Shown: one piece after another, positions 19,712-30,700 of the stretch
Layout: every line of letters starts with the position of its first letter
Position numbering within the stretch: the stretch's first letter is position 1
Assembly (NCBI GenBank): GCA_965214095.1
Contig: OZ243938.1
Span: forward strand, 96,001-160,000
From: Candidatus Poribacteria bacterium
GTDB lineage: Bacteria > Poribacteria > WGA-4E > WGA-3G
Direction of reading: 5' to 3'
Length of the DNA stretch: 64,000 nucleotides
Position numbers and translations under genes: made by a program
Notes under the pieces: model-generated
The model's input: only the letters and a program-made list of their open reading frames with translations
The model's database searches: none
What the model was told of the DNA's origin: nothing

Positions 19712-20446
19712 ATGTCAAATAATAACTATAAATTGAGTTCAGAGGAAGCAGATCAGTTTCGGAATCAAGGGTATCTTGGTCCCTATACACTCTGCAGTCC
19801 GGAAGAAATGCGCAAACGACAACCAGAAATTGTAAAAATACTCGAAACAGATGCACCAGACCATAAGAATAGAGTCCATAACCGTCATCTTGATTATCCA
19901 TTAATTCACGACCTTGCTACACATCCATCCATCGTTGACCGTATGGCTTCACTCTATGGTCCTGATCTCTTGCTTTGGCGAACTAATTTTTTCGTCAAAG
20001 AACCAGGGGCAAAAGAAATTCCGTGGCATCAGGATTTCAACTATTGGCCCCTTGAACCCCCAATCATCATTTCCGCATGGATAGCGATTGATTCAGCCAC
20101 ATTAGAGAACAGTTGTCTACAGATTGTGCCGGGATCACATCGTAAAGTAATTCCACATGTAAAAGCAACATCAGATATGGCATTCGGACAGATGGGAGAT
20201 CTTGACTATGTTGACGCAAGCAATCATGTCAATCTTGAAATGCAACCGGGTGAATTTGTTCTCTTTAACGAACGGACACTTCACCACTCTGAAGCAAACC
20301 GTTCTGATAAGAGACGTATCGGACTGGCTGTTCGTGTGATCGTACCAATTGTAAAGGTATTTAATTGGGATTCACCCAATCATGAGTTGATAGAAATTAG
20401 TGGAACAGATAGAGTACAATTCAATAAAAGGAGTCAAAATGAATAA
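19712..20446 (+). CDS. PhyH family dioxygenase, duplicate copy 2
   Basis: 'WHQDFNYW...VPGSH...TLHHS'; 244 aa. Confidence 0.92.
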   Translation: MSNNNYKLSSEEADQFRNQGYLGPYTLCSPEEMRKRQPEIVKILETDAPDHKNRVHNRHLDYPLIHDLATHPSIVDRMASLYGPDLLLWRTNFFVKEPGAKEIPWHQDFNYWPLEPPIIISAWIAIDSATLENSCLQIVPGSHRKVIPHVKATSDMAFGQMGDLDYVDASNHVNLEMQPGEFVLFNERTLHHSEANRSDKRRIGLAVRVIVPIVKVFNWDSPNHELIEISGTDRVQFNKRSQNE

Positions 20447-21449
20447 ACAAATAACATTAGCCGCACGTCCCGTTGGATATCCAAAAGAATCAGATTTTAA
20501 ACTTGTTGAAACCTCAATTCCAACACCAGAAGATGGTCAAGTCTTGGTGAAAACCATTTACCTTTCAGTGGATCCATATATGCGTGGACGAATGAATCAG
20601 GCGCGGTCTTATGCTGCCAACGTTGAATTCAATGAAGTCATGGTTGGTGGTGTGGTCGCGCAGGTAGTGGAATCAAAACATACAGATTTTCAAGTAGGTG
20701 ATATTGTTAACGCACATATCGGTTGGCAAGAATACGGCATTTCTGGTGGAGATGGTTTGCGAAAGATTGATCCTTCAATCGCACCGATCTCAACGGGAAT
20801 TGGCATTCTCGGTATGCCAGGGTTGACAGCATATTTTGGGTTACTTGAAGTAGGTCAACTTCAAGATGGAGAAACTGTATTCGTCTCAGGTGCAGCGGGT
20901 GCTGTAGGTTCTGTCGTCGGACAGATTGCTAAAATAAAAGGGTGTCGTGTGATCGGGGCAGCAGGTTCAGACGAAAAGATTGCTTATATCACAAACGAAC
21001 TCGGTTTTGATGAAGCCTTCAACTATAAGAATGTCAATGATTATCCTGCAAAGTTAGCGGAACTATGTCCTGATGGAATAGATGTGTATTTTGATAATGT
21101 CGGTGGTAAAATTACAGACGCTGTTTTTCCAAACTTAAGGTTAAAAGGACGTGTTATTATCTGTGGACAGATTTCACAATACAACTTAGAAAGTCCGGAA
21201 ACAGGTCCGCGTTTTCTATGGTATATGATTACAAAACGAGCGCGTATTGAAGGTTTCCTTGTCTCCGATTTTTTTGACAAACAAACTGAGGCACTTGCTC
21301 AAATGGCTGAATGGCTGCAGCAAGGTAAATTAAAATATCGTGAAACAATTGCTGAAGGCGGCATAGAAAATGCTCCAGCTGCGTTTATCAGCATGCTCAA
21401 AGGTGGTAATATCGGAAAACAGCTGGTAAAGATTTCAGATCCAAGTTAA
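20439..21449 (+). CDS. NADP-dependent oxidoreductase (CurA/PTGR-like MDR family)
   Basis: 'LSVDPYMRGRM', 'GMPGLTAYFGL', 'VSGAAGAVGS', 'YFDNVGG', 'GNIGK'. Start at MNKQITL after AGGAG. Confidence 0.93.
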   Translation: MNKQITLAARPVGYPKESDFKLVETSIPTPEDGQVLVKTIYLSVDPYMRGRMNQARSYAANVEFNEVMVGGVVAQVVESKHTDFQVGDIVNAHIGWQEYGISGGDGLRKIDPSIAPISTGIGILGMPGLTAYFGLLEVGQLQDGETVFVSGAAGAVGSVVGQIAKIKGCRVIGAAGSDEKIAYITNELGFDEAFNYKNVNDYPAKLAELCPDGIDVYFDNVGGKITDAVFPNLRLKGRVIICGQISQYNLESPETGPRFLWYMITKRARIEGFLVSDFFDKQTEALAQMAEWLQQGKLKYRETIAEGGIENAPAAFISMLKGGNIGKQLVKISDPS

Positions 21450-21462
21450 ACCACTATAAAAC

Positions 21463-22407
21463 CTAATATCCCTTCCGCTTGTCTATCACACTAAGCAGCG
21501 GTTTGCCAACAAGAAATCGTTCTAAGTTATCACAAAACAGTGATACAGTCCGATCCATCCGAATCGGTGAACCGCCCGCGACGTGGGGTGTAATAATTAC
21601 ATTGGGCATATCCCACAAAGGATTATCATCAGGAAGTGGTTCAACAGGTGTAACATCCAAACCGGCACCACCTATTTGTCCTTCATGCAATGCGCGAATA
21701 AGGGCTGGACCATCTACAATCTTACCACGAGTAACGTTAATCAGTAATGCGTGTGATTGCATTTTACCAAATGCATCATCGTTAAACATACATTCTGTTA
21801 CAGGTGTCAATGGTGCACAGATACAGACAATATCGGATTGTGATAACAAATCATCTAATCTATCCATTTTCCATACTTCATGAACAAATGTTGGTGCATC
21901 TACGGATTCTGGGTCAACAGCAATAACACGCATTTCAAAACCTTGTGCCCGGCGTGCAACTTCTATTCCCGTACCACCCAGACCAACAATACCCAGTGTC
22001 CGTTCTCCAAGTTCCCATGCAGCTAAACGGATTGACATCTTATTATCCCACGTCCGTTCACGTACTGATCGACCAATACCACGAAGTAGACCCAAAATCA
22101 ATGCCCACGCCTGATCGGCAAGATGTGTCCCAACATATCCCTTTGCACTTGTCAGAACGACATCGCTCTCAACGAATTCTGGAAACAGGATTCCGTCTAC
22201 GCCAGCTGCCCACACTTGCACCCACTTCAATTGCTTAGCTTTTTCAAAAAGTGTTCGATTGAATCCACCGAATACAATGTCAGTGTCAACGATTTCTTCT
22301 AACGCTTCAGTGGAATTCTTAGGGGTTACTATATTCAATGTATCAGAAATTGATTCTATCTGTTGTTTCTGTTCAGATGTGATCTCAGAGTTTATCATTA
22401 TTTTCAT
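21463..22407 (-). CDS. D-2-hydroxyacid dehydrogenase
   Basis: Motifs 'GIVGLGGTG', 'INVTRG', 'LDVTPVEPLP', 'ITPHVAG'. Confidence 0.92.
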   Translation of the reverse strand: MKIMINSEITSEQKQQIESISDTLNIVTPKNSTEALEEIVDTDIVFGGFNRTLFEKAKQLKWVQVWAAGVDGILFPEFVESDVVLTSAKGYVGTHLADQAWALILGLLRGIGRSVRERTWDNKMSIRLAAWELGERTLGIVGLGGTGIEVARRAQGFEMRVIAVDPESVDAPTFVHEVWKMDRLDDLLSQSDIVCICAPLTPVTECMFNDDAFGKMQSHALLINVTRGKIVDGPALIRALHEGQIGGAGLDVTPVEPLPDDNPLWDMPNVIITPHVAGGSPIRMDRTVSLFCDNLERFLVGKPLLSVIDKRKGY

Positions 22408-22480
22408 CTTGAAATCTTCTCCGATTCTTGTTATTCTAATTATATTACTATGACAACCGTTTTTCTAAGGAGGAAATAGT

Positions 22481-22972
22481 TTGGAAAATATAAAATTAAT
22501 TCATGTTCGTACAATGTTATTTGTGATATTTGCAATCAGTCTCTTAGTTTCTGCCGGATTAATTTCCGGTTGTGGTGACGAAGGTGATTCTCCTACTGAG
22601 ATGGTCACCGGAGAAGGTGATGAAGTCACAGAAACTGAGCCTGTAGATCCTGTTGTTGATCCTGAACCCGTTGATCCACCTCCAGCACCTGGCGTTTCCT
22701 ATAATGATGATATTAATCCAATCCTTGCTGAGAGTTGTGCAGTTGCTAATTGCCACGACAATGTTGCTTCTGGTGGTCTGGACCTTACTTCTTATGACAA
22801 CTTCAAGAAAGGTGGAAACAACGGACTTGCCTTTGTTGCAGGAGATGGTGAAGACAGTCTCGTTGTAAAACGTATTGATGGTGGAGGTATGCCTCCCCTT
22901 GGTCCACCACTAAATGCAGACCAAATCCAGCTCTTTGTAGATTGGATCAACGAAGGTGCAGAAAACAACTAA
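22481..22972 (+). CDS. Lipoprotein with a Planctomycete-type cytochrome c domain
   Basis: Lipobox-like 'LISGC', acidic/Pro-rich linker, and 'VSYNDDINPIL..SCAVANCH..GGLDL...MPP...WINEGA'. Confidence 0.8.
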   Translation: MENIKLIHVRTMLFVIFAISLLVSAGLISGCGDEGDSPTEMVTGEGDEVTETEPVDPVVDPEPVDPPPAPGVSYNDDINPILAESCAVANCHDNVASGGLDLTSYDNFKKGGNNGLAFVAGDGEDSLVVKRIDGGGMPPLGPPLNADQIQLFVDWINEGAENN

Positions 22973-22998
22973 ATTCTTTAGTTTGAAATTCAATCTTG

Positions 22999-23030
22999 GG
23001 GCGAGTTTTATATCTTGCCCTATTTTTGTT
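22999..23030 (+). terminator. Probable intrinsic terminator
   Basis: GGGCGAG/CTTGCCC stem followed by a T-rich tail, just after the stop at 22972. Confidence 0.6.
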
Positions 23031-23132
23031 ACCCCCTCAATTAACAATACTACATTTTCTCAATCTAATGCATTATCATAACAACATTAGACATATAAGT
23101 CAATATTCCAGAGTCCCGTATAGTTCATATTC

Positions 23133-23161
23133 TTGACACTTTTATGAAATATTGATACATT
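23133..23161 (+). promoter_or_regulatory. Sigma70-like promoter of the enolase gene
   Basis: TTGACA-17 nt-TACATT with an extended TG. Confidence 0.55.
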
Positions 23162-23220
23162 TATATTACGTTTTAAATTCAATCTTTCAATCCAATCTAC
23201 TACTGTCATAGGAGTACCCC

Positions 23221-24492
23221 ATGAAAGTAACAGATATTGACCGCATCCTGGTTGATGTTCCATTCACACCGCGCCAACAAGAAATAACTACTACCAGTGT
23301 CTCAACAGTTTACAATTGGTCTCTCCTTGAATTGTGTAAAGTTACTACAGATACGGGACACATTGGGTGGGGTGAAACCGTTATCCACTACACATATAGC
23401 CGCGTAAGTGATGGCAGTGTGGCACGTGTGCTCGGACAAAATCCAGCAGAATATATGAACGATGACTCTCTCGGTGCTGGACTACAAATTGCACTCTTTG
23501 ATGTCGTCGGTAAAATCTTAGAAGTTCCTGTCCATAAACTCCTTGGCACAAAATGTCGTGCCGAAGTACCAATCTCTTGGTGGAGCATTGACTCATCACC
23601 AGAAAAGTGGGCAGCAGAGGCAGCAGATTCTGTCGCAAAAGGTTACACCAGTTTCAAGAATAAACCGCGTCCATGGTGGGATATTATTCAGCAGGTTGAG
23701 GCAGTCGCAGAAGTTGTGCCAAACGACTACAATTTGGATCTTGATCCAAATGCCTGCTTACGTGATGCAGAGACAGCAATTCCTTTGTTACAGAAACTCG
23801 CAGCACATCCAAATGTTGCAATTTTCGAATCACCCATTCCACAGAATGATGTTGAAGGGAACAAACAGATACGACAAGAAGTTGATTGTCCAATTGCGAT
23901 GCATTTTGGGTCTCCACCTTATACCACATGCATTAAGGAAGAGGTCTGCGATGGATTTGTGATCGGTGGTGGTAAATCCCGGACGATGTATGACGGATAT
24001 CTGAGTGCAGCTGCGGATATGCCTTTCTGGCTCCAAATTGTTGGCAATGGATTGACAACGACTTGGGCAGCACATCTCGGTTGTGTCCTAACACATGCTA
24101 CATGGCCAGCTATCACATGTCTAAATCTTTACAGTGATCATCTGATTACAGAACCCATAGAAGTATCAGAAGGATGTCATACTGTACCTGATACGCCAGG
24201 ATTAGGTGTTGTCGTGGACGAAGCAGCAATTGAAAAATACCGCGTCTCTGATGAAGATTTAGATGATGATGGATATACCATTCACCCACATCCTCGGATT
24301 ATAAAAACCGCCGTCTATCCTGACGGAAATTGCATCCACATGGTTGGTGACGGTTTGAGTTATTTCAATGCGGGGAATGGTGATGCTTATGTTGAAGGAG
24401 CAAAACTTGAACTGACCTTTGACGATGGCACAAAGGAGTGGTCAGATCTATATGAGAAAGCATTAGAGAAACCTGTACATGCCCAATGGTAG
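23221..24492 (+). CDS. Mandelate racemase/muconate lactonizing enzyme (enolase superfamily)
   Basis: 'TDTGHIGWGE', 'ALFDVVGK', KxK motif 'FKNK', 'LDPN', 'FESP', 'PGLGV'. Confidence 0.88.
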   Translation: MKVTDIDRILVDVPFTPRQQEITTTSVSTVYNWSLLELCKVTTDTGHIGWGETVIHYTYSRVSDGSVARVLGQNPAEYMNDDSLGAGLQIALFDVVGKILEVPVHKLLGTKCRAEVPISWWSIDSSPEKWAAEAADSVAKGYTSFKNKPRPWWDIIQQVEAVAEVVPNDYNLDLDPNACLRDAETAIPLLQKLAAHPNVAIFESPIPQNDVEGNKQIRQEVDCPIAMHFGSPPYTTCIKEEVCDGFVIGGGKSRTMYDGYLSAAADMPFWLQIVGNGLTTTWAAHLGCVLTHATWPAITCLNLYSDHLITEPIEVSEGCHTVPDTPGLGVVVDEAAIEKYRVSDEDLDDDGYTIHPHPRIIKTAVYPDGNCIHMVGDGLSYFNAGNGDAYVEGAKLELTFDDGTKEWSDLYEKALEKPVHAQW

Positions 24493-24530
24493 GTTGAGAA
24501 AATTGTATGTGAATTAGATAAGTTGGATTG

Positions 24531-26447
24531 ATGTCCCATACACAACAGCGTGTTCTTACTTGGCGCGCAGTCCTCATTTTCGTTGTTATTGCTCCAGTCA
24601 ACTGCTATTTCCTTATCCAAATGGAATTGGTGCGATATACCTTTCCTACTTGGGTAGTTCCTTTTTCAAATGTCATCTTTGTTCTGATTGCAATTCTAAT
24701 ATTCAATCAATTGGTTCGTATCCTGAAAATCAATTATGCACTTGAACAAGGTGAACTATTATTTCTTTATGTATCACTGAGTTTTGCAACAACGCTTGCA
24801 GGATGTGATATACTACAGGCTGTCCTCTCTGTGCTTGGACACGGTTTCTGGTTTGCTTCAGAAGAAAATGAATGGCAAACACTTTTCTGGCATCATATAC
24901 CTCAATGGCTAACAGTCTCAGATAAAAAAGCATTACAAGGGTATTATCAAGGAGATTCTTCACTTTATATTTCTCATCATTTACGTGTGTGGTTACCAGT
25001 CGTTGGGGCATGGCTATTGCTATTTACAGTGATAGCCTTTATTTATCTCTGCTTGAACACAATCTTACGGCAGCAATGGACACAACGCGAGCGATTGACT
25101 TTTCCTGTGATCCAACTTCCACTTGCTTTAGCAGATCCGACTTCTGCTTTCTTTCGGAACAAACGGATGTGGATAGGATTCTCAATCGCTGCAGGAATCA
25201 GCCTATTCAACGGGTTGAGCCATCTATATCCTGTAATTCCACATATACCAGTAACAAGACGTTTTTTCCGATTCAGCGAACCACCCTTAAGCCTATACGG
25301 AACGATCATCACAGCCTTCTATCCATTTGCAATCGGTATTATGTTCCTCATGCCTTTGGATGTCCTGTTCTCCACAACCTTTTTCTATTTTATCTATCGA
25401 AATGAAGTTGCATTGGCTGATGCAGTGGGATGGAAAAGCATTCCGCGCTTCCCGTATCTCAACGAACAAACTATTGGTGCATTTATCGGTTTATGCTTTT
25501 TCTTCTGGTGGACAGGCAAAAGACATTTCAAGGCAGTGATACATAACGCACTCAGATTTGGACGAGATCCACCCGGTCAATCGTCTGATCAACCCATGCC
25601 ATATCGAGTAGCAGTTTGGGGATTTGTTGGAGGAATTCTGCTATTCGCTTTCTTACTATACAAAGCTGGCATGGCAGTATGGTTGGCTATTGCTTTCGCA
25701 GTGCTTTTTCTCATCACACCATTGGTAACAACGCGCATCCGTGCAGAATCTGGTATCTTTGTCCACGCCTATCACTGGCAAGCTCCACGATACATACTAA
25801 ACACATTTATCGGTACACACCGTCTCGGTGCAAAGAACTTAACAGCAATGTCGGTCTGCTTTTTCAACCGTGATTACCGTCCACAGATGATGCCACATCA
25901 ACTTGAAGCGTTTAAAATAGCTGAGGTAGCACACATTAACCCACGAAGAATGTTGTATACCATTCTAATAGCAACTGTTGTCGGTGGTCTTGTTGCATTT
26001 TGGGTGCAACTACATCTATACTATCAATTCGGTGCTGATTCTGGATATTACGGTCCGTGGGCACTCGGATATGGTCGGCAATACTTCAGCAGACTTACGA
26101 ATTGGATAACATATCCACTTGACACAGATTGGATTGGCGTAATCTTCATCGGGATTGGGTTTTCTGTCATGATGGTATTGACCTACCTACGTGTCAAATT
26201 TTTTTGGTTACCATTACACCCCCTCGGCTATGTAATGGCAAGTAACCAAGAGATGTCTGACCTATGGATCCCGTTAGTTATAGCGTTGACTCTCAAATGG
26301 TTGATCTTGCGACATGGAGGCATAAGGAGTTATAGAAGAGTCGTTCCATTCTTTCTTGGATTAGTTCTCGGTGATTTTCTTATGGGCACTACCTGGAGCA
26401 TTTTGAACGTTATACTAAACACAACGATGTATCAGTTTTATCCGTAA
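24531..26447 (+). CDS. Polytopic membrane protein (DUF6785/DUF6784, OPT-like putative transporter)
   Basis: Many TM helices; 'QWTQRERLTFP', 'RIRAESG', 'WLPLHPLGY', 'PFFLGLVLGD'. Confidence 0.65.
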   Translation: MSHTQQRVLTWRAVLIFVVIAPVNCYFLIQMELVRYTFPTWVVPFSNVIFVLIAILIFNQLVRILKINYALEQGELLFLYVSLSFATTLAGCDILQAVLSVLGHGFWFASEENEWQTLFWHHIPQWLTVSDKKALQGYYQGDSSLYISHHLRVWLPVVGAWLLLFTVIAFIYLCLNTILRQQWTQRERLTFPVIQLPLALADPTSAFFRNKRMWIGFSIAAGISLFNGLSHLYPVIPHIPVTRRFFRFSEPPLSLYGTIITAFYPFAIGIMFLMPLDVLFSTTFFYFIYRNEVALADAVGWKSIPRFPYLNEQTIGAFIGLCFFFWWTGKRHFKAVIHNALRFGRDPPGQSSDQPMPYRVAVWGFVGGILLFAFLLYKAGMAVWLAIAFAVLFLITPLVTTRIRAESGIFVHAYHWQAPRYILNTFIGTHRLGAKNLTAMSVCFFNRDYRPQMMPHQLEAFKIAEVAHINPRRMLYTILIATVVGGLVAFWVQLHLYYQFGADSGYYGPWALGYGRQYFSRLTNWITYPLDTDWIGVIFIGIGFSVMMVLTYLRVKFFWLPLHPLGYVMASNQEMSDLWIPLVIALTLKWLILRHGGIRSYRRVVPFFLGLVLGDFLMGTTWSILNVILNTTMYQFYP

Positions 26448-26503
26448 TGCATACTTAACAATTACCCTTAATCTCTAAATACAATGAAAACTTAGTTCAT
26501 CTT

Positions 26504-27118
26504 TTACTGCGCATCAACAAATTTTATAGTCGTGAGTTTTCCTTGATGAATTGTAAAGTCTTGTTCTATCCTCTTATCAGGCTTTTCACTCATACTTGTT
26601 CCAGATTCTCTTACCATGTAGCTAATAGAAATGATATCAGATGTTACAGGTAGTTTGTACGAAGCTACATTGTTTATCACTACTCTATCTCCAAGTAGAA
26701 ATTGCTTTTCTCCTCTAAGAGTTGTTTTATCAAATGCGGTTAGATAATAAAAAGTTCCAGATCCACCCCAATTATAAGAAACCACAGCAAATATATACCT
26801 ATTGCCTTCAACTACATGCTGTTTGAAGAAATTATACTGAAACTCATGTAACTCACCATTACCTATTGAGAACTCTCTTGTTCCACTATAGTCATCACCA
26901 ACCGTAAATTCTATCGGTTTTCCGTTTTCATCATTTTCACCAGGAGCAACCAAAGTCAGTTTTGGTAATACCTCCTCAAGTGGCGCATCCAATTTAATAA
27001 AATCTCCGCTTTGGGTTGGATTACACCCATAAATCACTATCAATGAAAGTAAAATTATTACAGGAATACTTATTTTTTTTACTGACTGATGATGGTTATT
27101 GTTAACTTTAAATAACAT
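26504..27118 (-). CDS. Hypothetical lipoprotein
   Basis: Hydrophobic stretch ending 'IYGC'; motif 'NWGGSGTFYYL...LLGDRV'; GGAGG RBS. Confidence 0.7.
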   Translation of the reverse strand: MLFKVNNNHHQSVKKISIPVIILLSLIVIYGCNPTQSGDFIKLDAPLEEVLPKLTLVAPGENDENGKPIEFTVGDDYSGTREFSIGNGELHEFQYNFFKQHVVEGNRYIFAVVSYNWGGSGTFYYLTAFDKTTLRGEKQFLLGDRVVINNVASYKLPVTSDIISISYMVRESGTSMSEKPDKRIEQDFTIHQGKLTTIKFVDAQ

Positions 27119-27169
27119 TGATTTTTCCTCCGTTATATTGTATGTATCTATATCTATTTTGATATTTTA

Positions 27170-27613
27170 ACCTAAGTTGCTACCTATAAATTGATTTTAT
27201 ATTCATAGGATTTTCTCTATGATGTTTGACATTATTTTTACAATGAGAAACCCATGGAATTAACTATTGTAGCAGTATATACGATTTGTGAGGATCTTTT
27301 AATCTCACGCAGACATCATTTTAAGAAAAACGCGCTTGTAGCACAAATCATTACGCCTCGGGCATTCTTTACTTAAGTCTAAATTCACAGTCTCATAATG
27401 AGATATTCTCTGTTAGAAATGGTATTATTTAACACCTATTGAATTTGAATAGGAACTTGTCTTAACTTTATGAAATTATGGTCTAAAAGATCGATGACAC
27501 TTCAGTTTGTAACCCTGATTTATAAGAAGTGATACCAAACTAAGCAGAAATCCTTTGTTCCTCCGTTTGATAAAGTAATTTGATGGTTAATATTCAGTAA
27601 GTAGCAACTTGGT
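27170..27613 (+). mobile_element. Decayed, internally deleted IS982-like insertion sequence
   Basis: Inverted ends ACCTAAGTTGCTAC / GTAGCAACTTGGT. The ORF stub from 27254 ('MELTIVAVYTICEDLL...ALVA') resembles IS982 transposase N-termini; this is from memory, not a search. Confidence 0.6.
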
Positions 27614-27664
27614 CTTTTAGTAATATACATATTAAGACATCTTATTATGTAAAAATAAATATGA

Positions 27665-27693
27665 TTGTCAAATATGGCTTAATATGTTATAAT
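27665..27693 (+). promoter_or_regulatory. Sigma70-like promoter
   Basis: TTGTCA-17 nt-TATAAT with an extended TG. Confidence 0.65.
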
Positions 27694-27793
27694 AATATGA
27701 AATTTAATCAATAACGTGACTATAAAAAAGAAAGAAAATAAAAAAATACTACATATTTGCTCAAATACACTTACTATTTATAGGAGATATCTC

Positions 27794-30700
27794 ATGTTAA
27801 TCAAAAACTATCTGGCTCACGAAAAGATGCAGCGACCCCTCAGAATCGCGCTAATTTCGTTTATCCTTTTTTGTGGTTCGGTTTCTCAAGGTATCACTTT
27901 TGATTTCAATTGGGAAATAAACGAGACACCTGAAGGCAGTGAAAGTGCAACTATCATTGAACCTGTCCAAGTAGTAATGTTAGATGAAGTCATACAAGTT
28001 CCATCACACAGCGCGTCTTTACGGTTGATGCAGAAGTATTCTGTATATCTTGGTTCTGAATGGGATGCTGGACATGCATACAGATTGCTAAAGACGTTTG
28101 AAACAATACCGCAGGATGTCAACTACTCTTACGATGGGAACCACGAAGTGCCTACTTCTTTGTGGCGGTTGACAGATACTCATGTTCAAGATGACATCAA
28201 GGTTGAATTAATAAATAGACAAACAATTGTAACGATAGCAGCGGAAACGTTTACGTATGCAGATCCGCTTTTAGCAGAAATTGATGGTGTGCGTGGCAGG
28301 TATTTCTCCAAACGGCTGCATCAGGCTGTCGTTCGGTTTGTAACCGATAACGGTGCTGATAAAGAGGCACTTGAACGGATATTACAGGAACGCTACGCTG
28401 TCAGCTTAAACGTACCGGACTATACCGAACTGACGAGTAACACAACAGGTGAAGATGCAGGAAGATTCACAACATTCAAAAACGAAGAACTTATCGCAAT
28501 TGCAACGATGTTTGAAGAATATCCACAAGGCATGCATAAAATAGCAGGACTTAAATATCTGGTTAGACGGTTAGATGGCACACCGCACCCCCTTTATCCG
28601 AGTGCACCTGCAGTCGCTTGGACGACGAGCGGTTATATTGAATTCATGGAATCCGCTTTTCAGGCACAAGGCTCGGATTATATCAATCGGTTGATCCTTC
28701 ACGAAAAAGCACATTTTTTGTGGGACCACCTTTTTGATGAGCAACTCAGACAGGATTGGATTGAACTCGGTGGTTGGTATGAAAATCCTGACAATGAAGA
28801 TGGATGGTCAACGACTAAGCAAACTGAGTTTGTGTCCGCTTATGCACACGCTAAGAACCCCAACGAAGATATGGCGGAGTCCATTAGTTTTTACATCGTG
28901 AATCCGGACAAACTCCGCTCGCGGTCACCCGGAAAATATCAATTCATCCAAGACAGGATTATGCACGGTACCCGATACATCTCAAAAATACGTGAAGATT
29001 TAACGTTTGAGGTCTACAATCTGTATCCAGATGCTGTATATCCAGGACGGATTATCAGGGTGGATATACAGGTGATTGGTGAACCGATGGAGGATAAAAC
29101 TATCATAGTAGAACTTGAACTTCATAAGACAGGTGAACATGACGATGCTCAAGCGTCTCAGCTCAGAATAATAAGTTCAACAGGCACCTTTTTTGATATC
29201 TGGCTTGATCCAATCGGCTCCGATGGTGTATCTCAGGTAGGTGCGTCTCATATTCTACGAGGTAAAAAGACGATCTCGCGCTTCGCAGCAGACGGTTATT
29301 GGGGACCGGACCAGATTACGCTCACAGATTCACAAGGCAATGAACGCCACCAATCACAAACTGATTTTGGATGGAAGCTCTTTGTTACCAATCCCTTGGC
29401 AGACGATGAACCGCCGATTTACGTCAAAAACTCAATGAAACTCTCTTTATCAGACGGTATGGAAGATGGGAGACGCTACCAAATTCTTACGGCTCGTTGG
29501 CAGATTCTAGAAGAAAATGAGGTGGCAGTAGTATATGCACATGCATACGATACAAACGATGAGACCTACTCTCGTAGGAATGAGAAACAGGGGACATATA
29601 ATAAGGAAACCGGTGAAGCGACTGTTGATCTCATAATTCCTGATTACTATCAGACGGGGAACTATGTGCTTAATTATATTAGTATGATAGATATAGGTTT
29701 AAACGAGAGGGGAGTCTACTTCACGAGAGCAGAGGGTACTCTAAGAGAGGAACAGGAGGTAATGGATGAGAAACCTACCACCATTGAGATCCAATCAATA
29801 AACCCTGATAGCACACCGCCAGTGCTTGATTTGAACCGGATTACAGTGACTGCAGTACCGACAAATCCTGAACAACCAAATGGGGAAACACAAGTAGATA
29901 TTACTTTTAGAGTCAAGGACAATATCAGTGGCTATTCATATTCAGGAATCTATTTGCGTGATCCGCACGGTGTGACGTACTCCTTTAGACATTATCATGA
30001 TGATTTTGAGAAAATCTATTTTTCAGACAACCCGACTGTCTATTCTACATACCACAAGACGATTATCTTACCTGTTGGCAGTATCCCTGGGACTTGGGGA
30101 ATTGCGGAAATGACTGTTACGGATAAGGCAAAAAATAAACTTCTCGCAGACTTTACTGAAATCGTCCGTTTTGAAGTTGATAGTGAACCTGAATATAGTC
30201 AGTACGATATCAACCAAGATGGGAGTGTTAACATTCTTGATCTGATACTGGTTGCAAAAGCATTCGTAGCGTATGACGAGAAAGCGGATGTTAACGCTGA
30301 TGGTGTCGTGAATATTCTTGACTTGACACTTATTGCTTCTGCATTTGGCACTACTTCTAATGCTGCGCCAGCATTATGGACTCTGAATGCTGACAACATA
30401 CCAACACGCGCCACAGTGGAAAAGTGGTTACAGGATGCACGGCAGGTTAACTTATCTGATCCGGCATTTCAACGCGGTATCTTTACACTGGAAAATCTGT
30501 TGAAGACGTTGACACCAAAGGAGACTGCACTCCTACCGAACTATCCGAACCCGTTCAATCCAGAGACGTGGATACCTTATCAGTTAGCTACTCCTGCTGA
30601 TGTTAGCATTGCTATCTATACGTCAGATGGTAAACTAATTCGACAGTTGGATTTGGGGCATCAGCCTGTTGGAATCTATCGTCACCGTAGTCGCGCTGCA

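Larger units (their letters stand above)
18621..20733 (+). repeat. Direct tandem duplication: unit 1 is 18621-19676, unit 2 is 19677-20733
   Basis: Both units begin ACGGAACAATTCTATCATA and contain phyH plus the 5' ~300 nt of the oxidoreductase. ACGG occurs at 18621, 19677 and 20734. Confidence 0.95.

Noticed and set aside
18656-20446. PhyH copies as Fe/2OG halogenases
   Set aside because: Both retain HxD; halogenases replace the Asp with Ala or Gly.
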